From the human T2T-CHM13v2.0 reference genome, Homo sapiens, in NCBI RefSeq assembly GCF_009914755.1, contig NC_060929.1: a stretch of DNA of 64,000 nucleotides; one strand, written 5' to 3'. Below the pieces are notes generated by a model. The model did not search any database, had not been told where the DNA came from, and worked only from the letters and a program-made list of their open reading frames with translations. The number at the start of each line of letters is the position of its first letter. Positions within the stretch are counted from its first letter, which is position 1. The position numbers were made by a program, and so were the translations under genes. Below are positions 1 through 23,260 of this stretch, piece by piece.

Positions 1-18
1 AAAAGGCCCTTGTCAGAG

Positions 19-285
19 ATGCGTGTGTGTGCGTCTGTGTGTGCGTGCGTGCATGTGCACACGTGTGTGTCTGTGCATGTGCGTGTGTGCATGTCTGTGT
101 GTATGTGTGTCTGTGTGTGCGCGTGTGTGTGTCTGTGTGTGCGTGCGCGTACACACGTGTGTCTCTGTGTGTGCGTGTGTGCGTGTGTCTGTGTGTGCAC
201 GTGTGTCTGTGTGTGCGCACGTGTGTGTGTGTGTGCACGCATGTGTGTGTGTGTGTGTCTGTGTGTGTGCGTGCATGTGTGTGTG
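19..285. repeat. Degenerate (TG)n / (TG,CG,CA) alternating purine-pyrimidine repeat
   Basis: Seen directly; explains the Cys/Val and His/Thr ORFs. Confidence 0.95.
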
Positions 286-1348
286 GGGTGCATCTGAACC
301 CCCAGCCCAGTGGCTCCACATGGAATCCTGGGTGCAGGCCCCTCTCTGGGCTGTGGTCCACAGCCAGCACTCAGACAGCATGCGCACAGATCGCACACAC
401 GATCGTGACCGGTTCCTGCTTGACTTCACTGCGCAGCAGTTCTCTGATCTGCTTTTCCCAGAAAGGGAAACCGAGGCTCAGAGAGAGGGGCCGACCTGTG
501 CTATGTATGTCACTCAGCTAGAACATGAGGTCACGAGACTGTCCCACCCCTCTTGCAGACTTGAACTGATAGTGGGTTTTATCATCTTCTGAGAGTGGGT
601 TTAGGGTTGCCAGGCACAGGGACTCTGCTTCAGACTTGAGAGGGTCTCCACACAGAGGGACCCTGGCAGCTCAGGTGGGGAAAGGCCCCAGCGGCCAGCA
701 CCTGCTGCCCAGGGCTCCACACCAGGGACCCAGCCGCCATCCTGGAAGACACTCCAGACCAGGAGCAGATGGTGTGAGAACCCAAGTCCTGTGTAAGAGG
801 TCACTTGGCTATGGGCAACTTTGCAGAAGCCAGCCTGGCCTAGCCTCTGGGGTTGGAGCCCCCCCAGCGCCGGGGAAAGGCGTTTCTGTGCAGGGCAGGC
901 ACTGGACACCTGTGCCCACCCTCAGCATGCTCAGAGGCCCCCAGACGCCAGAGGAGCTTCTGGAAAATGCAGATGCCCAGGCCTCGCCCCAGCTCCTGAG
1001 CAGCCCTGCTGCTCTGCAGACTCATCCTGGCCAGCTCCTTCAAGCAGAGAAGGAGTCTCAGATTTGGGGCTTCTTGGGCACACCTGCCATGTGCAGCCCC
1101 CTGAGTCCTGCTAAGAGCCCGGCCTTGGGCTCAGGACCCTCAGGCCATGAACCTGCATTTCGGTGCTTGTTGAAGGAGCCACTCCAGGGCCACACTCGGG
1201 ACATTTCCCGAGCCTGAGCAGTCCCTGTGTTGTTCACATGCTCATGTCCCCCGCATCAATCCACAGTTTAAAACGACCACTTCTCCCCGCCAAGAATATC
1301 TATGAGCTCTAATGCAATAGTGACATGCCTTTAAAAATGTATTCAAAG

Positions 1349-1978
<630 letters not shown>

Positions 1979-2059
1979 TCAGCCTCACCTGAGCCCATCA
2001 ATCCAGTCACCACAATAACGACTTCTGGCCAAGTCTCTGCTGCTCTGGGCTCTGCATGA

Positions 2060-2487
<428 letters not shown>

Positions 2488-3596
2488 CGGGGCTAATACT
2501 TTTTTCCAGAAAGATTCAGCCACAGCAGAAGCTATGAAAGCATGACTGCTGCGTGGTGCCAGCCGTCAGGGTTGGGCAGTGGTCAGTCCTGCCCATGTCT
2601 CCCCCTGGCATAACCCAAGACAGGACCCCTGGCCTGGCCTCCAACTCCCACCCAACCTTGGTCAACCTCCCAGAGGAGAGGGCTGCAGACGAGGGGTTTC
2701 CAAGGGACGGCAACTTTTGCCAGCATGGAGGAGGACCAGGGTGAGAGGTGAGACTCTCAGAGCCTGACGGAGGGGCTGGATGAGGGGCAGTGGGATGGGG
2801 GGCTGGCTGGGCTACTTCCAGAAACGTCCAGCCGAGTAGAGGATGCATTCAAACCATGTGCACATCAGCCCCTCAGCCCCGAAGCCAGGGGCTGCTTTCC
2901 CTTTCCGGCCCCACCTCCCCACCCAGTGAAGGGGCTGGCCTGCCCGGCTCACCCAGCAGCTTCCCCAAAGACACAGGCTGTTCATCGGCTCCATTTTTAA
3001 CCTTCCTTAGTCCCAGCAGCCCCAGCAAAAGCTCTTCGGTGAGTGCCTGCGCAATCTGCCCGGCTGGGCCGCAGCAGTCCACGGGCAGGGCAGAGCCCCG
3101 GGCTTCCTTCCGGGACCGCTGCCAAGGCTCAGCCCTGCTGCAGCTGTCCAAGGCCATGGCCTCTGCGGCTTCTGCCTGGCCAGCATCTGTTCTTCCCTCT
3201 GAAAACAGAGCCCATTTGTCCTTCCTCTCCTGCCCGTGGTAGGAGGACATGGCCCTGGTGCCACTTGGGGAAGGAGTTGCGTTGGTCTGTGACAGTTGGG
3301 ATGGCATGTGATCCAGGCCCAGCCACTCAGTGCCTTTCATCTCCCTGGCCTCTGGGATAAATCCATGGGCAGGCATGTCACCTGGGTGGGCCACCAGACT
3401 CAGTTCGTGGGACATTTATTTGAACTGTCTGAGCAGAGCCTCTCTCTCTGCTCAGGGCAAGGTAAGGACAGGAAGTAAGTATGGAGCTGGTGGGGGCTTT
3501 CTTGTGAAAGGGGCCCACATGGAGGAAACGGAGCCAAGACTCACAGAGACCGAGACCATGTCCCACATCCAGCCATGCCTGAAGCCCACCTTGGGC

Positions 3597-4208
<612 letters not shown>

Positions 4209-6973
4209 TATCCCAGGGCTTTTTATTTACAGAAGCAAATGCGTTTTCTGAGTCCTTAAGTCTGAGGTGGGTTTCTCCACTTGAAATAGAAAGAACCTAA
4301 CACCCCAGCTCTGAAGTGCACCATCACCAGCTGCTGCTGGCTTTCATCACCGGCTTTCCACGCAGCAGACCACGGCGCAGATGTGGGCGGGGTCCTTATT
4401 GGCCATGAGACCCCGGGGCGTCACTTTCCTCAGACAGCCTTATATGTAAAATGGGCCTAATGCACCCCCGGCTGATATGTGGAGGGGACAGCTGGTCTAA
4501 AATTCAACAGCAGAAGGGACTGGAGAATGTTCTTGGGGGGGGAGGGGCGCAGGTGCCAAGGAGCGGAGTGGGGAGGAAGCCAAGGACAGCAAGGTCTGAG
4601 GGCTGAAGCAGGATGAGGGAGGCCCCCGGCCATGGGGCCTGGGGCCGGGAGGAGGCGGGTTTATGACCATGGGATAGTCCTGCAGCGTCTCTGCCTGCTG
4701 AGTGAAGAACGGGCTGGGGCTGGAGGGAGAGTCGTGGGTCTGGATCGAGCTGGAATCAGGGGCATGCAGCCCAGTGCCTGCATTCTGCGCAGATTGGGAG
4801 GGTGGCGTGCATGGGCCGTGTTGATGTTTGGATGCAGGAGGGGGACTGCTGACATAAAGGGAGCACTCAGCCCCCGGGGTTTGTGCGTTACCCACCTGGG
4901 TGACTTGTCTGAGATGAGGGAGGCTGCAGGGAGAAGGGAGTAGAGGGTGGTGGGAGGTAAGAGCAGCAGGAAGCCCAGGGACAGGAGGGGGCTTGGAAGC
5001 CCAGAGGGCAGCATTTCAGGAGAGAAGGGCCGATGGATGGGCCAGTGGTGCACAGGGAGTGGAGCAGCCCAGGGAACCCATGGTGTGCTGAGCAGACCAA
5101 CCCAGGACAGGGGCGTGAAGGCAGAAGCCAGCCTGCACCAGCCTGCACCGACACCTTTGACCTCAGACCCAGCAATTACCCTAAGGAGCTAACCCAGCAA
5201 GAAAGCAGTGATCAATACAGCAGCTGCCAGGGTGAGGAGGCTCCCACGCTGCCGAGAGGCTGGGAAGGAGACGCGTCCTGCCACTGGGCGTCAGGTATGC
5301 AAACTGTGGTCTCTCCATTCAAGGAATACTGAAAGGAACCCTGAGGAAGAAGCTCTGAGCTACTGAAGGAGAGAAGCCAAACAATGCACACTATGCTTCG
5401 GATGAATGGATCTTTGCAAAACAAAAACGTACATCTCCGTGTACCCAGAGATAAGTCGTGTACATTAAATGATAGCAGACTCATGATGTGGAACTGGGGG
5501 AGTAAGAGGTGTCAGTTTCCTCCTTTACCCTCTCTACATTCCTGGCTTTGCGTCCGTCAACGAGTTTTTATTACTTTTACCAACAGAAAGAAAAGCACAA
5601 AGGAAAGGAAGGACCGGGCGAGTGGGCAGAGAGAAGGTGGAGTGCAGTGATGGAGCTGCCAGCTAGGCGGGGGCAGGCCAGGGCCACCCCAAGCCCTGGG
5701 AGGCGGTGGCCTGCTCACACTGCCTGTAGCACATCCACCAGCAGCTCTGGGGGGAAAGCCAGCAGCCAGTTACACAAAAAGGCAGCGGGCACAGCTGCCT
5801 CTCTCTCCAGCCACTCTCAGTCTGTGGAGGTAATAACAAGTAGAAGCATTTAGGGCATGCTTGAGTTCGACAAAGAGCAGGTCTGATTGACTCCAAGTCA
5901 GCTGTGCACATGCAGGCTGGTGGAAAGGGTGGCCTGGCCGCTGCTGTCAGATTTATGACAGCCACAAAGCTGCCTCTTTCCTAAAGCCAGTGCCACCACT
6001 GCTGCTGTTTGAGACGAACTCCACGACCCAAAGCAGTCAGAAGACAAACTGGCCGGTGCACCATGCTTTGGTTTGCAGTCAGACTGACATGTGCACAGTA
6101 CTTAACAGTTTGCAGTCTGACATGTGTGTACCTCACTTCACAGTTTGCAGAGTCCTTTCAGAGATGTCATTGCTCCTGAGTCCCAGGTCCCTGCCCAGAG
6201 GTGCCAGGAGCAAAGCCGCTGCCCCAGACTGGCCATCGGTGGGAGCACCCCAGGACCTGGCTCCTGCCCAAGGAACGGCCAAACCCATTGCCACAAGCAG
6301 GGGCCCTGGTGCCTCCAGCTTCTCTTTTCAGCCAGCATGGCTGTGGTTGTGTTGTTTACCTTTTTACTGGAGTATAACCTACATCCTGGAAAGCACACAA
6401 GCTTGAAGCGTGCAGCTAGATGAGATCTCCGAAGTGAACCAGGCCACCAGCACCCAGATTGAGAAGCAGAACATTTCCAGACCCTGAAAAGTCCACCTGT
6501 GCCCCTCTTCACCCACTAACCCTTTAATTTCAATTGCAAAGAAACACCAAGAGGGATCGCCGCATACAGCACTATCAATCAATGTTCACACAAAACTAGA
6601 AATGGGAGGGATCACCACGCAGGGCACTATCAATCACTGTTCACACGAAACTCGAAATGCGTCACGCCCAGGTGGGTACCTGTCCTAAATGCAGGAGCAA
6701 GAGGACGAACAGGAACCCCACGTGGCTGCGGACTACTAGCCTGGGGCTCTGCCCCTCCCATCACTGGCAGTCAGGCAGTGCCTCCCCAGGATGTGCCAGT
6801 CCTGCTGGGCTGCAATCCCACCGGGATCAGGGACAAAGGAAATGGCAGCTACCAGGTAAACATAAAAGACTTAAAAAATGCCTTTAAAACATACTTGAGT
6901 GTTTAAAGCAAAAATAATACTGTAGTGTGGGGTTTATAAATATGTGGAAAAGAGATGTATGACAACACTAGCA

Positions 6974-7420
6974 TTGTCGTCGGTTGGACCGAGTCCCTCC
7001 TAAACAGATGACTGAAGTCCTCACCTCCAATATCTCCAAAACGAGGCCTTATTTGGAAATAGGGTCACTGCAAATGTAATGAGTGAAGAGGAGGCCACAC
7101 TGGAGTGGAGTGGAGTGGGGTGGGGTGGACTCCTAATCCAACATGACTAATGACCTTAGAAGACGTGGGCACACAGGAAGAGCACCATGTGACACTGAGG
7201 GCAGAGACTGGAGTGATGCGGCTTCAAGCCAAGGAATGCAGAAGATTTCTAACAAGCCGCCAGAAGCTGGGAACAGGCAGGGAAGGGTTCTATTGGGTTC
7301 AGAGGGAATGTGTCCCATGAGCCCCTGATCCAGAACTCCAAATGAGAGAACACATTTCCGTTGTTTTAAGCCATCCCAGTCTGTGACACTTTGTTAAGGC
7401 AGCCCTAGGAAAGTGATACA
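6974..7420 (+). mobile_element. MLT1B/C-like MaLR LTR
   Basis: CTTATTTGGAAATAGGGTC and GTTTTAAGCCA...GCAGCCCTAGGAAA motifs. Confidence 0.75.
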
Positions 7421-7492
7421 AACACAAGGCTGAGTGGAGCATGAACGCCACTGGCAGGATGTCTTCATGCTATATATGCAGCAGCACACTAT

Positions 7493-8456
<964 letters not shown>

Positions 8457-8486
8457 CTATCACCTGGAGGGAGACTGGGATCAAGC

Positions 8487-9006
8487 TGTGGTGGTCAGAA
8501 GAGTTCTAAGATGGCCCTGGATTCCTACTCCCTGGTGTACACACCCCATACAATCCCCTCTCCTCTTAGGTATAGGCAGGACTGTGAATATGATGGATGT
8601 CACTCCTGTGATTAGGTGATGTTATCTGGCAAAGATGAAGGGAGTTTTGCAAGTTTAAGTAAAGCCTGTAATCAGTTGACTTTGAGATCATCAAAAGGGA
8701 AATTATGCTGCATGAGTGTAACCTAAACAGATAAGCTTTTTTAAAAAAAGGTCAGATACTTGCATCAGAGACTCTCCTGATGGTCTTCAAGAAGCAAGCC
8801 ACCATGCAGTCTACAGTGGCAAGGAAATAAATTCTGCCACCAGCCACATGAGCTTGGAAGAAGACACTAAAACACAGATGAGACCCAAGCCCCACACTTG
8901 TGAGACCCTGAACCCCTGACTCATGAAAATTCTAAAATAATAAATTTGTGTTTTACATTACCAAGATCGGTTTAATGTTTTGGGTAGCAACAGAAAAGTA
9001 ATGCAA
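8487..9006 (+). mobile_element. MLT1F-like MaLR LTR
   Basis: TGTGGT...TTCTAAGATGGCCC start; CACATGAGCTTGGAAG; AGCAACAGAAAAGTAA end. Confidence 0.65.
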
Positions 9007-9171
9007 TGAATGATACCTAAATTAAGCACTAAAATAACACAGCAAAGGGATATAGCTTAAAAAATCAACAAAGGACATAAGCTAGAATCATAAAAAAAAA
9101 CCCAATTAATTCAAAAGAAGTCAGAAAAAAAAAAGATACAAGGAAAAACATATGAAACAATTAAAAAATAA

Positions 9172-12598
<3,427 letters not shown>

Positions 12599-14279
12599 CC
12601 ACCCATCTTAAAATACATATGGAATTGCAAAGGTCCCTAAATAGCCAAAACAATCCTGAAAAAGAACAAAGTTGAAGGACTCACACTTCCTGATTTCAAA
12701 ACTTACTACAAAGCTACAGTAATCAAAACAGTGTGGTACTGGCCAGTTGATTTTTGAAAAGGGAGCCAACATCATTAATTCAATGAGGGAAAAAACAGTC
12801 TCTATGTTGCTGGGACAACTGGAAATCCACATGCAAAAAAATCAAATTGGACCCCTACCTCTTACCATATATAATTATTAATTCAAAATGGATCAGAGAC
12901 CTATATATACGAGCTAAAACTATAAAACTCTCAGGAGAAAACCTGGGGAGAAACATGGATTTGGCAATGGATTATTAGATGCAACCCCAAAAGTGTAAGA
13001 AACAAAAGAAAAAACAGATAAACTAGACTTCATCAAAATTAAAAACCTGTGTACATCAAAGGACATTACAAAGAAAGTGAAAGGACAAACTACAAAATGG
13101 GAGAAAAATTTAACCAAAAGGAGAAAGACTTGTACACTGAAAACTATAAAATATTATTTAAGAGAAATTAAAGAAAATCTAAATAAATGGAAAGATATTC
13201 ACAAATTTATACACCTGTAAGAGTCTAGTATTCTGAACATATAAATAACTCCTATAACTTGAAGAAAATACAAATAACCCCATTTTTTAAGAAGCAGGCA
13301 AAATACTTGAATAGACATTTTTCCAAAAGAGATACACAAATGGCCAAGAAGAATATAAAAAGATATTCCACATTATTAGTCATTAGGAAAATGCAAATCA
13401 CAAGACAATCAAATACCACTTTACACCCGCTAGGATGGCCATAATCAACAAAACAGAAAGTAATAAGTGTTGACAAGGATGTGGAGAAACGGGAAACCTT
13501 GTGTGTTGCTGGTGGGAATGTGAAAGGACAGTTTGACAGTTCCTCAAAAAGTCAACTATGGCATTAGCAAATGACCCAGCAATTCCACTCCCAGTTACAT
13601 GCCCCAAATAACTGAAAACAGATCCTCAAACAAATACTTGTACATGAGTGATCATAGCAGGACTATCTTCAGTAGCCAAAAGGGGGAAACAACCCACATG
13701 TCCATCAACAGATGCATGGATAAATAACTGTGATACAGACATACAATGGAATATATTCAGCCATAAAAAGGAATCAAGTACAGATACATGTCACTGCATA
13801 AATGAACCTCAGAAAGATTATGTTATGTGAAAGCCGCTTGACACGAAAGGCCACAAGCCACAGGATTCCATTTATATGAAATATCCAGAATAGGTACATA
13901 CACAGGGAAAGAACACAGGCTGCTGGTTGTCATGGCAGGAGAGGGTAGTAGTGAGTAACTGCTAATGAGTATAAAATGTTCTTTGGGGGTGATGAAAATG
14001 TTTTAGAACTAGACAGAGGTGGCAGTTACAGAACCTTTGCAATTTATCATTTTAAAAGACTAAAGGAAAAACCACATAATCATCTCATAGATGCGAGAAA
14101 GCATTGACAAAATCCAAAATCCATTCCCAATAAAAACTCTCAGCCAACTAATAATAGAAGAGAAGTTCCCCAACTGGATAAAAGGCATCGGTGAGAAACC
14201 TGCACTTACATCATACTTAACAGTGAAAATTGGAATACTTTCTCCCTAAGATCAGGAAAAGGCAAGGTGATCCACTTTC

Positions 14280-14508
14280 TTTTCTTCTTTTATAATTTCA
14301 ACATTTATTTTAGATTCAGAGGGTACATGTGCAGGTTTGTCACATGGGTATATGGCATGATGCTGAGGCTTGGGGTACGAATGATCCTGTCCCCCAGGTA
14401 CTGAGCATAGTACCCAATAGTTTTTCAACCCTTGTCTTCCTCCTTCCCTCCCCTCTAGTAGTCCTCAGTGTCTACTGTTGCCATCTTTATGTCCACGAAT
14501 ACCCAGCA
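14280..14508 (-). mobile_element. L1PB-like 3' end fragment
   Basis: TTTTAGATTCAGAGGGTACATGTGCAGGTTTG L1 3'UTR signature; flanked by ATCCACTT duplication. Confidence 0.75.
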
Positions 14509-15240
14509 ATCCACTTCCAATACTTCTATTCAACACTGTACGGGAGGTTCAGTCTAGTATAATAAGACAAAAGAAAGAAAGAAACAAAAGGCATCCAAAT
14601 TGAAAAGGAAGGAATAAAACTGTTTTTATCTACAAATAATGTGATCATCTATGTAGGAAATTCTACAGAATCTGTACCAAGAGCACTATAATCAATAGGT
14701 GATTCCAGCAAGATTCCAAGATATGAGATCAATACGTAAGCATCAATTGTATTTCTACCTATCAGCAACAAAATGTTGGAAATGGAAATTTAAAAACACT
14801 ATTTACACTACATAAAAAATGAAACACTCAAGGCTGAATCTGAGCAAAGATGTACAAGGGCTGTAGATGGAAAACTGCAAAATACGGCTGAGAGAAATTA
14901 AACACGTAAGTAAGTGTCTGTGGGTTAGAAAACTCAGTTTTATAAGATGTCAGTTTTCCCAAATGGATCTATAGACTTTAGAAATTGATGATTCTAAAAT
15001 TTATTTCAAAATGTCAAGAACTGGAAGAGCCAAAACTATTTTGAAAAAGTAGAACAAAGTTGAAGGGCTTATGCTGTCTTCAAGACTTATTTAAAGCTAC
15101 AAAATCAAGAGAATGGAGTAATGACATCAAGATTGGCAAAGATCAACTGAAAACAACTAGAAATAGAGTCACAAATATATATGGTCAAGGGAATTTTAAA
15201 GAAGATGCAAATGCAATTCAGTGGAGAAAGGTGGTTATTT

Positions 15241-17095
<1,855 letters not shown>

Positions 17096-17164
17096 ACAGT
17101 GGCTTATTTATAAGAGTCTCAAAGAGTGAACCACCCAAACGTCCATCAGCAGATGCACTGGATC

Positions 17165-17700
17165 TGTGGATTAGTTTCTTACTGCCGTGTAACAAGTTAG
17201 CACAATGTAATGATGTAAAGCAACATAAATGTACCATCTCCTAGTTCCTAAGGCTCAGGATTCTGGAACATGCTTGTTGGACCTCTGCTCAGGGGCTCAC
17301 AGGCTGAGATCATGGTGTTGGTCAGGGCTGCCCTCTCATCCCAGCCTGGGCATCCTCTTCCACGCTCACTGGTTGTTGGCAGCATTCGTTTTCTTCTGGC
17401 TGTGAGTCTCAGGACCTCAGCTGTGAGAGGCCACCCACTTTCTCCACAACACAGCAGTTTACTTCCTCAAGACCAAGAGCAGAGTCTCTCTCTAGCTTCG
17501 TGTCTGTCTGACATTGGGAAGGACCCTGTGCTTTTAAAGGTTTGCCTGATTTAGTCAGGCCCACCTGGGACATCTCCCTTTTGGTTAACTAAAAGTCAAC
17601 AGACTAGTGACCTTGATCACACGGGAAAATATCCTTTCTGCCATATAAGATGGCTAACAACATAACAGGGCGGGAATCTTGGGGCCACGTTGGAACCCAT
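17165..17700 (-). mobile_element. MLT1-family MaLR LTR
   Basis: ATTAGTTTCTTACTGCCGTGTAACAA terminus; GTTGTTGGCAGCATTC. Confidence 0.6.
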
Positions 17701-18009
17701 ACAATGGAAACACAGCTCAGCAATGGACAGGAAGAAGAAGCTCCTGACACCCACAGCACGGATACGTTCTAAACTAATCATGCCGGGTGAAAGCGGAGGG
17801 ACGGATGAGCTCAGCGTCCTCACTGGGGTGAGGCTCTCACGAGTGTTCACATAGGCTGACACATGTTGTGTTTACTGTACATCAGTCACACAGCCGCTTG
17901 AAAAAAGAGGCCTATAAAACCTGGTATTTGATACAGTTATTGGAAAACATTTAAATGTTTTTCAACTGTAATTTTCATGAAATCTATATATATAGATCAA
18001 TTATTTCTC

Positions 18010-18898
<889 letters not shown>

Positions 18899-20924
18899 CT
18901 ACAGATCTGATTCCCCTGGGGGGAAAGTCAGGGAGGGACATGCAAGGTGACACCCTAAGGATTGAAGAGCCCAGCCAGGACCCGGGGACTCAACAGGACA
19001 AGTGTTCCCATCCCCTCACAAACCAACAGAGTGAAGACCAAAAAACAAATAAAAACCAACCAACCAAACAAAAAGAACTGTTACAGAATAAAAGAGACTT
19101 AAGAGATACAAAAATCAAATGCAGCACGTGGGACGTGGATCTTTCCAGATTTGAACAAACCAACTGTAAAAAGATATTTTTGAAGTAATGGGGGCATCAG
19201 ATTACAGACCGGCCATTAGATGATACCAAGAAATTAGTATTAATTTTATGAGATGTGTCAACTGGCATGAAGTTTACGCAGACAAAGTCCCCATCAGTCC
19301 AGGAGGAATCCACAGTGTGTCTCAGATTTGCTGTAAGCACCTAATAGGGTTGGGGTGGCGATCAAGGAAGACCGGCCGGGCATTGCGGCCCTGGGAGCTG
19401 GGAGACGGGTGTGTGGTGATTCACACTCTTCCTATTCTGTATGGTGTTTGTTTGTTTGTTTGTTTGTTTTCTGTATGAAAAGGTTGAAAAAAAAAAAAAG
19501 AGATTCTTTCTCCCTGAAAGTCCACTGGGCCTGGATGCGGTGTGACCTTGGGGTGTCCTCCCTGCTTGCAGAGAGCAGGACCACTGGGCCTTCCTCCCTG
19601 TGTGAGCCGGACGGGGAGGGCAGCCGAACGCGCGAGCTTGGCGCTCCTCTCTCTCCTCATTAAGGTGAGTGGCAACACCACGGATCGCGTTCATTATATG
19701 AAATGCGCATCTGTCAACGGCTCTGCTCCTGAAATTGGTTAGAGCGCAATAACCTAATTTGTTCCTCTTTCTTATACTCGCTGTTTGCAAAATAGAAGTA
19801 CGCTTTCCCCGGCAAACATTTCAAGAACGGTGACATGCAGACACTTTAAGGTCCTTTTCATCATCCAAAGTGCTAATACAATTTGGCCGCACCCATGCGG
19901 AAGCATCTGCGCAAACTGCAGAGGCCACGGAGTCTACGCTCAAGTCCCGGGAGCAGCTGTCACACTCTCGCCTCACCCTTTTCAAATCCGCCTTGCGCAC
20001 GTTCACAAAAACCACTGAGTGTACCATTTTTTATTCTCAAGGGGCTTGTCAGCACAGCCCGCTGGTCGGAAGTGCTAAGCTGGAGAAAAGCCCCACTGTG
20101 GTCAGGACACTGCCACTTCCCAGGTGACTGATGGGCGCTACCGTCAGCCACTCCAGTCCTGGAAAGTTAGGGCATTTTACGGGAGTACGTCACAGGAGAT
20201 CCATCTCCCTACAGGGCTCCGGAGCCTGACCGACCTTCTCCGAGGATTCCGAGCCAGCCCTCTCTCCCCAGCCCACGTGCAGTGGCGGTGGCCAGGGCGG
20301 TGGAGCGTGCTGAGTGACCTGCTGCAGCTCAGAGCTGCGGCTTCTCCTGGCTTCTCCACCTGCCTTTCTTGTGCTTCAGGTCTGCTGAAGGTTGACAGGA
20401 AAATCGGGAAATGGCTGGTGAGGAAGGCCCAGCGCCCTCCTGTACCGAGGCCATGCTTCCCCTCTGCCTGCAGGATGGCGACCAGGGCGGGGCCCAGTGC
20501 CTGCTGCAGAGAACAGCCTGGAGTTGCAGGGCCTCTCAAGCTGGGGGCCCTGACCTTGGCTGCTCCCTCCTCTCCTTCTCCAAACACACACGTGGCCTGA
20601 CTCCTGTTTGACCTTGGGGAGCAGCTGGGGCATCGTGCCCTCCCGCCAGTGTCCCTGGAGCTGACTCCCACTGCAGCCCTCACACAGACATGAGCTCAGG
20701 GACACCTTGAGGGACCCTGCAGGGAGGTGCCCTGAGGCCCAGGGGCCTGACTAACTCAGTGGTCTCCAAACTGAGAAGGGCATCTGCAGAGTACGGACCA
20801 ACAGGAGGTGTATGAGACGACGACACGGGAACTCCTTACAACATGACTGTGAAAATGACTGTGCTATGTAACATTTGCTACATGAAAAGCTTACCTGTAG
20901 CGTGCACGTGTCAAAAAGCACAAG

Positions 20925-22024
<1,100 letters not shown>

Positions 22025-23260
22025 TTACGTCTTTTGGGGTGTTTGTTCATTTTTCTCTGAAGTATATCAAATGTATTGGTACGAGGTTCTTCATAAAAAT
22101 CCCTTGCTATCTGCTATCCTCGCCACCTGGGGAGAACCTGCAGCGATGGCCCTTTCTCCCTCCTGATGTTGATCATTTGTGCTTTCTCTTTTTTTGTCTT
22201 GCTTGGTCATGCTGGCGGGCAATCAACCTTATTCATCTTTTGAAACAGGTATTTCTCTGTTTATCAATCTCCATTCTCACAAGATAAAGTTTAAGGAGAA
22301 CTTGGCACACTCTGCTTGATAGGAAGCACTCAATAAAAATTCTGTATTTCAAAGCAACACCTAGCTGCAGCATTTCTGAGTAACACCAGGGTAACAATAT
22401 CCAAAGAGCCCGAGGGTTCCCAAGACCTGACTTCACCCCAGAATGTGGAGCTGGGTGTGCTGCCCGAGGCTGGCGTCGGTGAGGCTCCCCTCAGACCTCA
22501 CCACAGGGCAGGGCTGCTCTCACTGACAGGCGCCTGTGGCCAGCCTGCCTCTGATGAGCCTCCTTGGTCCCTCTGCAGCACGATCCCCTTCCTGGAGAGT
22601 CCCATCTGGGGACTGAGATTTGGCGTCAGGAAGCAGGGGTGCATCAGGCACACGGGAGCTCTCTGCCTTGCCTCCCTCAGCCACACACCTGTGAATCACT
22701 CAACAATGGCTGGGACAGAGGGGAGCCCGAACCCTGGGACGGCAGGGGGAAGCAATGGCGGGATCCAGGGTGCTGCTCAGGGCAGTGGTGGCCTCTTGAC
22801 AGTGGACCCAGGCTGGACAGAGAAGGCCTGGGGGTTAACAGAGAGGCACTCCTGGCTGAGCCTAGCTCAGGCCTGAAACCCACGGCTGCTCAGCATGTGT
22901 TTATTGGGTGGTCCACGTGATGGACAGATGGGAGGCTGTGAGCAGAGAGAGGCCCACAAAGACAGAGAGTGAGAGCAGTCCACGCTCAAAAATAGCCCAG
23001 ACTGTCAACCGCACAAACCCCAGACAGCAGGCTGAGCTCAAGGCCCACACTGGCTGCATGGCCCTGGGATGTCCCCTTGTGTCCCTGAGCCTCAGTTTCC
23101 CCATCTGTAAATTGATGGCAGCTGCTGTGGGAATTACCTGAGGCCACAGGGACTCAGCCAATGGCACTGTGCAGGTGCTTAAACCGTCACAGAGAGCAGT
23201 GGTCATTTTACTATGTATTATTTAGCCAGATTGGCACTTTTGAACACTGTCTGGATTTTA

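Noticed and set aside
10-592. Cys/Val-rich and His/Thr-rich ORFs (95-189 aa)
   Set aside because: Translations of the TG repeat, open in several frames on both strands
19671-19691. RE1/REST-like motif GGCAACACCACGGATCGCGTT
   Set aside because: About 14/21 match with substitutions in both core half-sites (CAGCACC and GGACAG); too degenerate without ChIP data
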